Shown here piece after piece: positions 8,168 through 17,135 of a stretch of 32,000 bases of DNA. Under the pieces are notes generated by a model, which saw only the letters and a list, made by a program, of their open reading frames with translations, was not told where the DNA came from and did no database searches. Positions within the stretch are counted from its first letter, which is position 1; each line of letters begins with the position of its first letter. Made by a program: the position numbers and the translations under genes. This stretch comes from Puniceicoccales bacterium (GTDB lineage: Bacteria > Verrucomicrobiota > Verrucomicrobiia > Opitutales > JAIRLG01). Where the stretch lies: contig JAITRB010000006.1 of NCBI GenBank assembly GCA_031288595.1, forward strand, positions 1 to 32,000, read 5' to 3'.

Positions 8168-9475
8168 ATGAACTGCCAGGTTCCGTATTGGGAAGCACTC
8201 ATAGAGGGAAGAGTTCCGCTCCGAGGAAAGGTTGCTGTCAACGGTTCCAAAAACACCTCTTTCCCGATTTTAGCCGCCTCTCTGCTCACATCCGAGCCAT
8301 GCTTGCTGCAAAACGTTCCCCAGCTTTGGGACACGGAGGTGATGCGGTCATTGCTGCGGTCCCTGGGCAGCGATGTTCAGATCCAGGGAGAGGATTCCCT
8401 TCGCCTGCAGTCGCGAGCGACCGGAACGGGAGAGAACTACCTACCCGATAGCGAGGGGATCCAGAAGATTCGAGGATCGATTTACCTGATGGGGGCCTTG
8501 CTGGCGAGCCAGGGCTACGTAGAAATGCCCTTTCCCGGCGGTTGCAACTTCGGAGAACGGCCCATCGATCTCCACCTCCGCGGATTCGAAGGCCTCGGAG
8601 CGAAGATCGAACGCTTGAAGGACAGGGTTATCCTGACGATTCCCAAGGAGGGGCTCAAGGGAACAACGCTCTTTCTCGGTGGGCCGGCTGGAGCTAGCGT
8701 GACGGGGACGGCCAATGTGCTGTTGGCCGCAGTAAAGGCCAAGGGTCACACGCGCATCGAGTGCGCTGCCTGTGAACCGGAAGTCACGGAGCTGTGCCGG
8801 GTTCTGCTCACCATGGGGGCCCGTATCAGGGGTATCGGCTCGCCGATTCTGGAAATCGAGGGTGTCGATACGCTGAACGGCTTTTCGCATCGCCTTTCAC
8901 CCGACCGCATCGAAGCGGGCACCTGGGCGCTGTTGGGGCTCTGCACAGGCCACCCCTCGGAACCGATGCTCATCGAACCCTTTCCCCACGAGGAGCTGGG
9001 AGCTTTGCTCTTCATCCTACACGGAATGGGTGCCGCGTGGAAATTGGATGGGGATTGTCTGCAGATCTGCGGTGGGCAGAAGCTCAGAGCCACCGAGGTC
9101 CACGCCATACCCTACCCTGGCTTCCCGACCGATTTACAGGCTCCGCTGGCGGTACTGATGAGCCTGGCCGAGGGTGAGAGCTCCATCCATGACCATATTT
9201 ATTCCCAGCGCTTCCTCTATGCCAGGGAACTGAAGCGCCTGGGGGCCAGCTGCGAGCCATTTCTCGGCGGACTGAAGATGAGAACGAGTTCATTGCGAGG
9301 GACAAGGGTGGAAGCAACAGACCTGCGGGCGGCGGCAGCCCTTTACATAGCCGGTCTCATGGCCGATGGGATTAGCCAGATCACCCACGCGGAATACGTC
9401 GACCGTGGCTACGAGCATTTCGAGGAAAAATTGCGGCACTTGGGGGCCCACGTCGAGCGACGCGCCCCCGGATGA
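8168..9475 (+). CDS. murA: UDP-N-acetylglucosamine 1-carboxyvinyltransferase
   Basis: A 435-aa ORF containing VNGSKNTSFPILAASLL. The active-site loop PGGCNFGERPIDLH retains the Cys. It is colinear with E. coli MurA from the N-terminus. Confidence 0.93.
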   Translation: MNCQVPYWEALIEGRVPLRGKVAVNGSKNTSFPILAASLLTSEPCLLQNVPQLWDTEVMRSLLRSLGSDVQIQGEDSLRLQSRATGTGENYLPDSEGIQKIRGSIYLMGALLASQGYVEMPFPGGCNFGERPIDLHLRGFEGLGAKIERLKDRVILTIPKEGLKGTTLFLGGPAGASVTGTANVLLAAVKAKGHTRIECAACEPEVTELCRVLLTMGARIRGIGSPILEIEGVDTLNGFSHRLSPDRIEAGTWALLGLCTGHPSEPMLIEPFPHEELGALLFILHGMGAAWKLDGDCLQICGGQKLRATEVHAIPYPGFPTDLQAPLAVLMSLAEGESSIHDHIYSQRFLYARELKRLGASCEPFLGGLKMRTSSLRGTRVEATDLRAAAALYIAGLMADGISQITHAEYVDRGYEHFEEKLRHLGAHVERRAPG

Positions 9476-9523
9476 GGAAGTTTTCTTTCCCAAATGGAAG
9501 GAATTAAAGCCGCAGGGCGGGGC

Positions 9524-10966
9524 TCAGGGAGAGGCCAAGTGCTGCTGAAGTTCGTTCAGCTTGCGCTCGCTCTCCCCATCCCCCTCCTCCTGGGCGACCT
9601 GTCGGGCGATGGCAAGCATGCGCCTGGTCCAGTAGCGCTCCTTGGGTGAAAGCGAAGGGTTTGCGACTAGGTCCGATGCGACCCGACTGATGACCTGCCT
9701 CAATTCGGAGAAGCGGTGGTTTTCGAAGAGCAGCCACACCTGTTGGAAGCGAATCTCGGCCTGCAATTCTCTGGGAATCTGAGGCCTGTCGACCATGCTG
9801 CTCAGCAGGGATAGGGCCTTCACCTGTTCCGCTGGCTCATGGGGATGGAGTGCCAGGACGCAGCGCAGGCGGAGCAGCTGAATCCATGCTCTCAGCGCTG
9901 CCGACAATCCAGGCCCCTTGAGTAGATCCTCATAGAGGAGCTGTGCTCCGAAGAACTGGTGCAGCTCGCGCAACAGCTCACCTTCCAGCAGCTTAGCTGG
10001 CAGGCAGAAGGCTGATGTCGGATGGGCGTGGATGAGGGTTTCCAAACGCCCGATCGCCTGGGGATAGGACTTGAATCCCTGGCGACGTATCTGTTGCGCC
10101 GAGGCATAGAGCACTATCGGGGTAAAGGGATTTTGAGGATCTTTCTCAATAAATTCCTCCAAAATACTGCGGGATTCGCAGGCCAAGGCGTGGGCTTCGT
10201 CCCATTCCGCCAGGAAAAGACGCGAACGGATGTCGTTGGGCGTTTTGGGGAAATGTTCTCTTAAAACCTGCAGGTGTAGGCGACCGACCTCTTCATTCCC
10301 CAGCAGCATTTCAAGTTCCCCCAGATAGAGCAGGAGGGAGGAGTGAATGTGTTCCCGCAGCGAGGGATCCCACAGGGCATGGTAGCGCTCGAGGAGCTCC
10401 TTCGCCCTGAGGTGACTCGTGTTCGTGTAGTGGCATTGGAACAGGAGGTAGGTCTCGACGAAGAGATGGTAGATCTCCACTTCTTCCGACGGCGCGCGAA
10501 TGCCCTCCGCCAATGCCTTCCCATTTTGAAAAAATTGCAGCGCCTTTTCGAATTGCCTCTGCGCGGACAGGGCCTGCACGATATTCCACAAGGCCTCCCA
10601 GGTCGGCAGGTATCTCAGGAGTTCCGGTTTAGACTGGATCTTGAGGAGCAGAAAGGGGCCCAGCTTTTCCGTCAGGGAGAGCTGGAGCCGCAGCCAGACG
10701 TATTGGCCCAATAGGGTGGCATAGGATGCAGTCGTAAAAATATCCTCCTCCGGCAAGAGCGCCTCGTAGATCAGGAGAGCGGCTTCGAGGGACCCTTGCT
10801 GAATCTGGGCTAGAGCCTCCCGTCGCCTGGTTTCGGCATTCGCGATTCTGGCAGCCAGGGAAGAGGGAGAGCTCCCATCGACTTGAATGGGAGGATCCCC
10901 TTCGGCTACGGACAGGCCGACAACGCCCAGGAGAAAAATATTGCTCAGGTAGGGGAAAACTCGCAT
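9524..10966 (-). CDS. secreted TPR-like helical repeat protein
   Basis: It has an N-terminal signal-like peptide (MRVFPYLSNIFLLGVVGLSVAEG). The remainder is alpha-helical repeat-like sequence rich in Leu/Ala/Glu. No catalytic motif is recognised. Confidence 0.6.
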   Translation of the reverse strand: MRVFPYLSNIFLLGVVGLSVAEGDPPIQVDGSSPSSLAARIANAETRRREALAQIQQGSLEAALLIYEALLPEEDIFTTASYATLLGQYVWLRLQLSLTEKLGPFLLLKIQSKPELLRYLPTWEALWNIVQALSAQRQFEKALQFFQNGKALAEGIRAPSEEVEIYHLFVETYLLFQCHYTNTSHLRAKELLERYHALWDPSLREHIHSSLLLYLGELEMLLGNEEVGRLHLQVLREHFPKTPNDIRSRLFLAEWDEAHALACESRSILEEFIEKDPQNPFTPIVLYASAQQIRRQGFKSYPQAIGRLETLIHAHPTSAFCLPAKLLEGELLRELHQFFGAQLLYEDLLKGPGLSAALRAWIQLLRLRCVLALHPHEPAEQVKALSLLSSMVDRPQIPRELQAEIRFQQVWLLFENHRFSELRQVISRVASDLVANPSLSPKERYWTRRMLAIARQVAQEEGDGESERKLNELQQHLASP

Positions 10967-10992
10967 TTTAATCGGAAATCTCTTTGAATTTT

Positions 10993-11754
10993 ATGGAAGC
11001 CTCACTCAGCTCCATTGTTCGTTTTTGCGATACGTATGTCAATCGGGAAGCCATTACCGACTATCCGGCAGCCCATAACGGGTTGCAGTTCGAAAATTCC
11101 GGCAAGCTAGGGCGCATCGGCGCGGCGGTGGATGCGAGCCTGGAGAGCATTCGGGCAGCAGCAAAAGAGGAAGTGGATCTTCTCCTCGTCCACCACGGTT
11201 TATTCTGGGCCCCACCGGCACCGGTCACGGGTAGCCGATTTCAGAAGTACCGCCTCCTGTTGGAACAGGACATCGCGGTCTACAGCAGCCACCTGCCCCT
11301 TGACGCGCATCCGGAAATCGGGAACAACGCGAGCATCGCGGCCCGGCTGGGCAGGAAGGTTAGCTCCTGGGACTATCCCTACGAGGGTCACCTGCACCCC
11401 ATCGCCGCCGTGGTGGACTGGGAAGCCTCGCGGACGGAATTGGAGGAAAAACTGCGGGCCCTGTTCCCGCAAACGCTCGGCCTGAGCTTCGGACCGGAAT
11501 CCCTCGATCGCCTTGTGATCTCCTCCGGCGGTGGAGGTGGAGCCATTCCTTCTTTGAGGAAAAAGGGCTACCACACTCTGATCACGGGTGAGGGGCAGCA
11601 GCACCACTATGCCCTAGCCCAGGAGGAGGGACTCAACGTCTACTTCTGCGGCCACTATGCGACGGAGATTTTCGGAGTCCAAAATCTAGCCCAGCGCGCC
11701 GCTGAGGAGTTTGGCCTGTCCTACACCTTTCTGCCGACATCCTGTCCGCTGTAG
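10993..11754 (+). CDS. Nif3-like dinuclear metal centre protein (YbgI family)
   Basis: The motifs LLLVHHGLFW, YSSHLPLDAHPEIGNN and the C-terminal HYATE are typical of NIF3/YbgI. The ATG is at 10993; the ORF track starts at TTG 10984. Confidence 0.85.
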   Translation: MEASLSSIVRFCDTYVNREAITDYPAAHNGLQFENSGKLGRIGAAVDASLESIRAAAKEEVDLLLVHHGLFWAPPAPVTGSRFQKYRLLLEQDIAVYSSHLPLDAHPEIGNNASIAARLGRKVSSWDYPYEGHLHPIAAVVDWEASRTELEEKLRALFPQTLGLSFGPESLDRLVISSGGGGGAIPSLRKKGYHTLITGEGQQHHYALAQEEGLNVYFCGHYATEIFGVQNLAQRAAEEFGLSYTFLPTSCPL

Positions 11755-11784
11755 GAAAATCCGCCCGATGAGGCCAGGCCAACG

Positions 11785-14250
11785 ATGTCGGAAAATGCTC
11801 AACCATTAAGGGATTCACCGCGCTGGACTCCGGCGGCCATCGATGCCTGGATGCAACGCCTGTCCCATCCTTATAAGGGCAAGGCCTGGTCGGCAGAGGA
11901 GCTGAAGAAGGGGCGCGAGATCTACGAGGCCGGCACCTGCACAAAACTGGAACTGCAGGTCGATGAGGCGCTGGCGCGCTTCTGGTCGCCGAAGGAACGT
12001 ATCTACGTCGTGGTCGATGCTTCCGGCGAGCTCTGGCGATTCCATTCCTCCGTTAAAGATCCCTCACTGGCCGTGAGCTACCAGGTGGCGACAGTTCTCC
12101 TCATTGAGGGAGAACTCTTGGCTTATATCCGCGAAGAGGCAAGCGCAGAAGGAGGGTTCGTCTCGCCATCGCTCGCGGCGGTGAAGAGGAAGAAAAGGTT
12201 GGCGGCCCAACGGCCACGTCTGGAATTCCGGATGAGGAACAATGCGCTGGAGGTGAGGGTTCTGTCCCTCTCCTCCTATCGGGGATCGATGGTCGATACC
12301 GACGAATCTGAGCGAGGCCGCAGGGAAAGGGAGAGTTGGCTGCGCTTCCTCTTCTACGCCAAACGGGCCGGATTCGTCGCGACGCATACGCCACGCACCT
12401 ATGCCCTGCGCGAGCGGGAACGACTCATCCACTTCTACCGCCGAGAACTGCCGAAGTGGAAGATGTGGAGCGAGATTTCCTGCGAAGAGGATTTGGATCT
12501 GCTCCTGCAAAATGTGCATACCGTCGCGCTGCAGCCCCTGGCGAAGGCGCTCGATGCGGAACATGTCTCCGTCGAGTGGACGATACCGGAGCTGCCTTTG
12601 GCTCATGAAGAACTCCAACGCCTGAAAGGAGGAAAGGAAGAGACGGTCTTTTTGCCCCGGTGTGGCTGGGTGCGCCTTTCCCAGGATTCCCTGTTACAGA
12701 TGACGGAGTGGAAGCGCTCGGCCACCCTTTTCCCTTCGGGCATTCTGCCGCCCTACATGTTGCTCTCATCCTACGGAGCACTGACCCAAAACCTCGTGGC
12801 GGATGCCCCTTTGCAGGAGTGGCTGAAGGAGGTCAATAGGGCCGAAGAAGGTCCTCTTCCCGTCCTGCCGAACTTCCTGCGGCCCTACCAGCGGGAAGGG
12901 GTGGAGTGGATCTGCCGCCTGGCATCCTATCACCTCCACGGCCTGCTGGCAGACGACATGGGCCTGGGGAAAACGCTGCAGGTGCTGGTCGTACTCGAGC
13001 GCTTCGCTTCGGGAAAGCCTTCGCTGGTGGTCTGTCCGGCTGGCGTGGTCGATGTATGGTACGGGGAGGCGAAGAAATTTTTCCCGAAGCTGTCGGTGGC
13101 CATCGTCGGTCGGTCGCTCGGAGTCCCTGAGGCTTCGCTGCGGATTGCGAGCTATACCCAGCTGCGGATGCACCGGGCAAGCTTGACGCATATCGACTGG
13201 AACTTCGTGGTACTGGACGAGGCCCAGTGGATCAAAAATGAGCGGACAAAGACCTTCCAGGCCTGCCTCGGCCTGAAGGCCAAGACGCGGCTGGCCCTGA
13301 CGGGCACGCCCATCGAAAACCGCCTGCAAGATCTGTGGAACCTCTTCCGCTTCCTAATGCCGGGATTCCTGGGAAGCTGGAACTTGTTCCAGGAGCGCCT
13401 GCAGAAACCCTCAGCTCTGGAGGAACTGCGGAGGGAACTGCGTCCCTTCATCCTGCGCCGCAGCAAGGAGGAAGTTCTGAGGGAACTGCCGGCGAAATCG
13501 GAGATCGAGCTCAGTTGCCCGCTGTTGCCCCTGCAACAGCACCTCTATACCCAGACCCTGCGGAAGGCCCAGGAGCAGTATCGGGAGGAGTGGTCAGGGG
13601 CGGCCGAACGGCACCGCTTCTCCATCCTGGCCCAACTGATGCGCCTCCGCCAGCTGGCCTGCGATCCGGCACTGGTGGCTGGCCACGGAGAAAGCCCCTG
13701 GTCCTCATCGGGCAAGTTGCTGCGCCTGGAATCGAAGCTATCCGAGGCCTTTTTCGCCGAGAAGAAAGTCGTCATCTTCAGCCAGTTCGTCCGCTTTTTG
13801 GCACGCATCGAAGGGTTGCTGCAGGAACGTTTTCCCCAAATCCCCCGCTTCCAGATCACAGGCGCTACGGCGCGGCGGGGAGAGATCGTCCAGGACTTCC
13901 AGAGCCTCTCCGGACCGGCCGCCTTCCTGATCAGCCTGCGGGCTGGTGGGGTCGGCATCACCCTGACGGCGGCAGACTATGTCTTTCTGATGGATCCCTG
14001 GTGGAATCCATCCGTGGAACGGCAGGCCATCGACCGCGTCCACCGCTGGGGGCAAAAGCACTCCATCATCGCCTACCGCTTCATCAGCAGCGGCACGCTG
14101 GAGGAGCAGATCCAGCAGCTAAAGGCGAAGAAGGAGCAGCTCTTTCGCCACGTTCTGGATCCCCTCCTGGGCCCTGGGGGCGCCACCGATTTCTTCCTCA
14201 AGCATCTGCAGGAACTCCTGCGGGAGCCAAAGGAAGGAAACGAGCATTAG
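11785..14250 (+). CDS. SNF2 family helicase (RapA/HepA-like) with large N-terminal domain
   Basis: The helicase motifs are LADDMGLGKT (I), VLDEAQWIKN (II), LTGTPIENRL (III), GGVGITLTAADYVFLMDPWWNP (V) and QAIDRVHRWGQ (VI). The N-terminal region of about 380 aa is not assignable. Confidence 0.9.
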   Translation: MSENAQPLRDSPRWTPAAIDAWMQRLSHPYKGKAWSAEELKKGREIYEAGTCTKLELQVDEALARFWSPKERIYVVVDASGELWRFHSSVKDPSLAVSYQVATVLLIEGELLAYIREEASAEGGFVSPSLAAVKRKKRLAAQRPRLEFRMRNNALEVRVLSLSSYRGSMVDTDESERGRRERESWLRFLFYAKRAGFVATHTPRTYALRERERLIHFYRRELPKWKMWSEISCEEDLDLLLQNVHTVALQPLAKALDAEHVSVEWTIPELPLAHEELQRLKGGKEETVFLPRCGWVRLSQDSLLQMTEWKRSATLFPSGILPPYMLLSSYGALTQNLVADAPLQEWLKEVNRAEEGPLPVLPNFLRPYQREGVEWICRLASYHLHGLLADDMGLGKTLQVLVVLERFASGKPSLVVCPAGVVDVWYGEAKKFFPKLSVAIVGRSLGVPEASLRIASYTQLRMHRASLTHIDWNFVVLDEAQWIKNERTKTFQACLGLKAKTRLALTGTPIENRLQDLWNLFRFLMPGFLGSWNLFQERLQKPSALEELRRELRPFILRRSKEEVLRELPAKSEIELSCPLLPLQQHLYTQTLRKAQEQYREEWSGAAERHRFSILAQLMRLRQLACDPALVAGHGESPWSSSGKLLRLESKLSEAFFAEKKVVIFSQFVRFLARIEGLLQERFPQIPRFQITGATARRGEIVQDFQSLSGPAAFLISLRAGGVGITLTAADYVFLMDPWWNPSVERQAIDRVHRWGQKHSIIAYRFISSGTLEEQIQQLKAKKEQLFRHVLDPLLGPGGATDFFLKHLQELLREPKEGNEH

Positions 14251-14269
14251 AGCGATCGCTGAGCCTGGA

Positions 14270-14368
14270 GCCGCCTTGGGGCCCTGTGGGCCCCGGCGCC
14301 CGCGGATGCGGGCGCTGGGCGTGAGAGGAAGGGAAAGGGAGTTTCCCTTCCTCTCACGCCAAGGCGGC
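14270..14368 (+). repeat. structured intergenic palindromic element, copy C
   Basis: The outer stem pairs GCCGCCTTGG (14270-14279) with CCAAGGCGGC (14359-14368). The hairpins are GGCCC-TGT-GGGCC (14280-14292), GCGCCCGC-GGAT-GCGGGCGC (14296-14315), and a perfect 15-bp hairpin CGTGAGAGGAAGGGA/TCCCTTCCTCTCACG (14320-14358). The element begins 19 nt after the SNF2 stop, between convergent genes. Confidence 0.8.
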
Positions 14369-14431
14369 CCCCACTACTTCTCCAGCCCCTCCAAGAATTC
14401 CTGCCAAGTTCTTCCGAAGCGAAGCAGCGCT

Positions 14432-14887
14432 TCAGGATTCCTCCGAAATGGCCTGGACCGCCGAGGCGAAGTCATTGGGGGTCTGGAAATTCTTATAAAC
14501 ACTCGCGAAGCGGATGTAGGCCATGGGATCGATCTGCCGGAGCTGTTCCAGCACGATATCCCCGATCATCCGGGACGTGAGAGAGCGCTTCTCCTGTCCC
14601 TGAATGATTTGGACAATCTGCTGGTGCAACTGCCGGATGCCCTCATCACTGCGAGCGTCCTTTTTAAAGGTTTTTTTCAATGCCGAGAGAATTTTCTGGG
14701 GCTCGAAGGTCTCCCGTGAACCGTCGCGCTTGAGGACGACGAGATCGGCGATGCAGCAGTTCTCCAAAGTGGAGAAGCGGTAGCCGCAGCGGGAACAGCG
14801 CCGCCGGCGCCGCACCACCCTATCCTCATCCTGTACCCGGGTAGCGGTGACTTTGGTATCCGGATTCTGGCATTCGGGACAGCGCAT
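14432..14887 (-). CDS. nrdR: transcriptional repressor NrdR
   Basis: It has an N-terminal zinc ribbon (MRCPECQ...CSRCGYRFST) followed by an ATP-cone region, 151 aa in total. The ATG was verified. Confidence 0.93.
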   Translation of the reverse strand: MRCPECQNPDTKVTATRVQDEDRVVRRRRRCSRCGYRFSTLENCCIADLVVLKRDGSRETFEPQKILSALKKTFKKDARSDEGIRQLHQQIVQIIQGQEKRSLTSRMIGDIVLEQLRQIDPMAYIRFASVYKNFQTPNDFASAVQAISEES

Positions 14888-14905
14888 GGGAAAAATTAGC
14901 CGAGC

Positions 14906-15937
14906 TCAGGTCTCCTCATCGGAGGGTTCCTCCAGAAGCGCCCGGATATAGTCCTCGCGAGAGAAGGGTTGCAGGTCGTCCGCTTTTTCGCCGAGGCCGA
15001 TGAAGTAGATGGGGATGTGGAGCTGGTGATAGATGCCGACCAAGGCACCCCCACGGCTCGTGCCATCCAGTTTTGTCATGATCAGACCACTGAGACCGAG
15101 GGTTTGGTGAAATTGTCGGGCCGAGCTGATGGAGTTGATCCCCAGACTGCCGTCCAGGACGAGCCAGACATGCTCGGCGGCCGGCTCGCCATGCTTCTGC
15201 AAAACTCGCCGGATCTTCAGCAGTTCCTGCATCAATCCCTCCTTGGTGTGCAGGCGTCCGGCGGTATCCAGAAGGAGGAGGTCTTTTCGGCGGTGGCAGG
15301 CCGCCCGGTAGCTGTCATAGGCCACCGCGGCCGCATCGGCCCCCTGCCGGCTGGCGACCAGCTCGAAGCCCAGGCGCCGCGACCAGATGGCGAGCTGCTC
15401 ATTAGCCGCGACCCGAAAGGTATCGCAGGCTCCCACGAGCACCTTCCTCCCCTGCGCCTGGAAAAAATGGGCGCACTTGGCTGCGCTGGTGGTCTTTCCG
15501 GAACCGTTCGTCCCAACCAGGTAGATCACTTCCGGTGGCTGACCCTCTACGGGTGGGGCTAGGCACCCTTCCGAACCCTCCAGCAGCTGTCGGAGTACCT
15601 GGATGGTGACGGCCACAATGTCCTGCACCTGAGGATTTTCTCCAAAGGCCTGCCGAATCCGGCTGAGGATTTCCCCCGTCGTCTCGACGCCGAAGTCGGC
15701 GGCATAGAGGGCCTCCTCAAGCGATTCCAGGCTTTCCGGTCGCAGCCGGCCGGAGCGGAAAATCCCCCCCAGCTTTTGCGCCAGGTGCCGCTTCGTCTTG
15801 CTGAGCCCCTGGCAGAATTTTTTAAACAGGCCGAACACCGCTTCGCTTTCTCCGCTGGAGAAATTTCTTTCCAGGGAAAATCCAAAGGGCCTCCGTCCTG
15901 AAGTCCATGCCAAAAGCGATCCTGCTACCGCCCGCAT
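14906..15937 (-). CDS. ftsY: signal recognition particle receptor FtsY
   Basis: The NG domain motifs are GTNGSGKTTS, DTAGRLH, TKLDGTSRGG and IYFIGLGEKADDL. The ATG at 15937 was verified. Confidence 0.9.
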   Translation of the reverse strand: MRAVAGSLLAWTSGRRPFGFSLERNFSSGESEAVFGLFKKFCQGLSKTKRHLAQKLGGIFRSGRLRPESLESLEEALYAADFGVETTGEILSRIRQAFGENPQVQDIVAVTIQVLRQLLEGSEGCLAPPVEGQPPEVIYLVGTNGSGKTTSAAKCAHFFQAQGRKVLVGACDTFRVAANEQLAIWSRRLGFELVASRQGADAAAVAYDSYRAACHRRKDLLLLDTAGRLHTKEGLMQELLKIRRVLQKHGEPAAEHVWLVLDGSLGINSISSARQFHQTLGLSGLIMTKLDGTSRGGALVGIYHQLHIPIYFIGLGEKADDLQPFSREDYIRALLEEPSDEET

Positions 15938-15998
15938 TGGCCGAATGGCAGGATAAGTAGGCTGTCTGGGTTAAATCAGCTCTGGACCAATATGGCTC

Positions 15999-16089
15999 GG
16001 CGCTGTCTTCGCAAGAGGACAACCCCAAAGGGGTTGTCCTCTTGATGCCCGCTCCGCGGGCGATTCCTCTGGAATCCGAAGACAGCGCT
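15999..16089 (-). repeat. structured intergenic palindromic element, copy B, inverted orientation
   Basis: The outer stem pairs GCGCTGTCTTCG (16000-16011) with CGAAGACAGCGC (16077-16088). There is a perfect 15-bp hairpin CAAGAGGACAACCCC-AAA-GGGGTTGTCCTCTTG (16012-16044). The other hairpins are GCCCGC-TCC-GCGGGC (16047-16061) and GATTCC-TCT-GGAATC (16062-16076). The right-hand ~35 nt is nearly identical to copy A. Confidence 0.8.
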
Positions 16090-17135
16090 AGGCCTAACGC
16101 CCACGGACATCCCCCCATCGGCCCGGAGGCAATGGGGCTTCTTCAGCGGCTGAAAAAGAGCGAATCACCAGAGCGCTAGACCGACATCTCCCTAGACCAA
16201 CCCATTTCTTGCGGGCCACCCTATTTCCCCTGCTGAGCCATCCCCTTCCCTTCCGCCGATGAAATTTTGTAAAACCGAGATCCGCTTCCGCATCTCTAGG
16301 GCTTTCTTTCCCCCCTTTCCAGAACAGGAAAGAGGGATATCATGATCATCAGGCATTACCCAACGGGATGCGGATGAAGCTCTCTGGACTCCTGCGCTTG
16401 AGAGCGCCTACAATTCTGCCATCGACACCACCGGCAAGAAAAAAAACAGATCTTCTTTTTTTTACGAGGAGATCCTCTTCCACCATACGGATTCTTTCCC
16501 AGGAGGCTACGCCCCTGCGACCTGCTCTCCCGCTTCGGCGGTCTCCATCCGGTCCATTTTGCCCGGGACTACGACTGGGATTCCCGGGACGTGAAAATTT
16601 TGTCCAATGGCTTCATCCTCAAACCGCTTTCCAATCATCGTCGCAAGAGGAAGCCCGCCGCGCGACCGCCATACCTCATCAACATCTTCCCTCTTGTGCC
16701 TACCAGCAAACCTCCAGAGCTTTCTCCTACTAGCCATCATCCATCATTTACTAGAATACGGCGCTCTCCTGAAAGTTCCCTATCGTGAATTCCAATTCAA
16801 GGAGGAGATGAGCAAAGAGAGATGGGCCTTTCTCCCTTCACTGAAATCGCGCCCGCGGCGGAAGAAGTGCTGTTGAAAAAAATACTAGGACGCAGGGAAG
16901 CGCTGGGCCGTTGCTGGCGAGAGTGAAGGAGCTTTCTCCACGCAGGATTCGCCGGGCGCTTCTCCTCACCGAAAAGGGCCCTGGGAGCGACTGCTGCCCA
17001 GCGATGACCCTTCCATCTTCTTCCGCCAAATGATCTCCAAACAGCCGGATAAGCAGGCTGAATCTGCTCACCATGTCGCTTTTTCCTTGTGCTTTTTGTT
17101 CAAACTGCCCTCATGGAGAAGCAGGGGGTTTTTCA

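Noticed and set aside
8168-9475. Checked MurA for the active-site Cys-to-Asp substitution (intrinsic fosfomycin resistance) seen in some Chlamydiae and Actinobacteria.
   Set aside because: The loop reads PGGCNFGERP, so the Cys is retained and there is nothing unusual.
13335-14324. Long alternative-frame or antisense ORFs inside confirmed genes. Examples are 13335-14324 (+) and 12064-12618 (-) in the SNF2 gene, 5570-6406 (+) in the MATE gene, 26525-27526 (-) over tpiA, 340-990 (-) in prfB, and 31154-31594 (-) in moxR.
   Set aside because: They have Arg/Pro/Gly/Ala-rich composition, no recognisable motifs, and complete overlap with genes that have strong family signatures. These are the typical stop-poor off-frames of GC-rich DNA.
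16808-16876. A 22-aa ORF MSKERWAFLPSLKSRPRRKKCC directly after AAGGAGGAG in the gene-poor interval.
   Set aside because: The SD-like sequence is only 2 nt from the ATG, the peptide is very short, and no homology is recognisable. It is kept only as context for the 16090-17072 finding.
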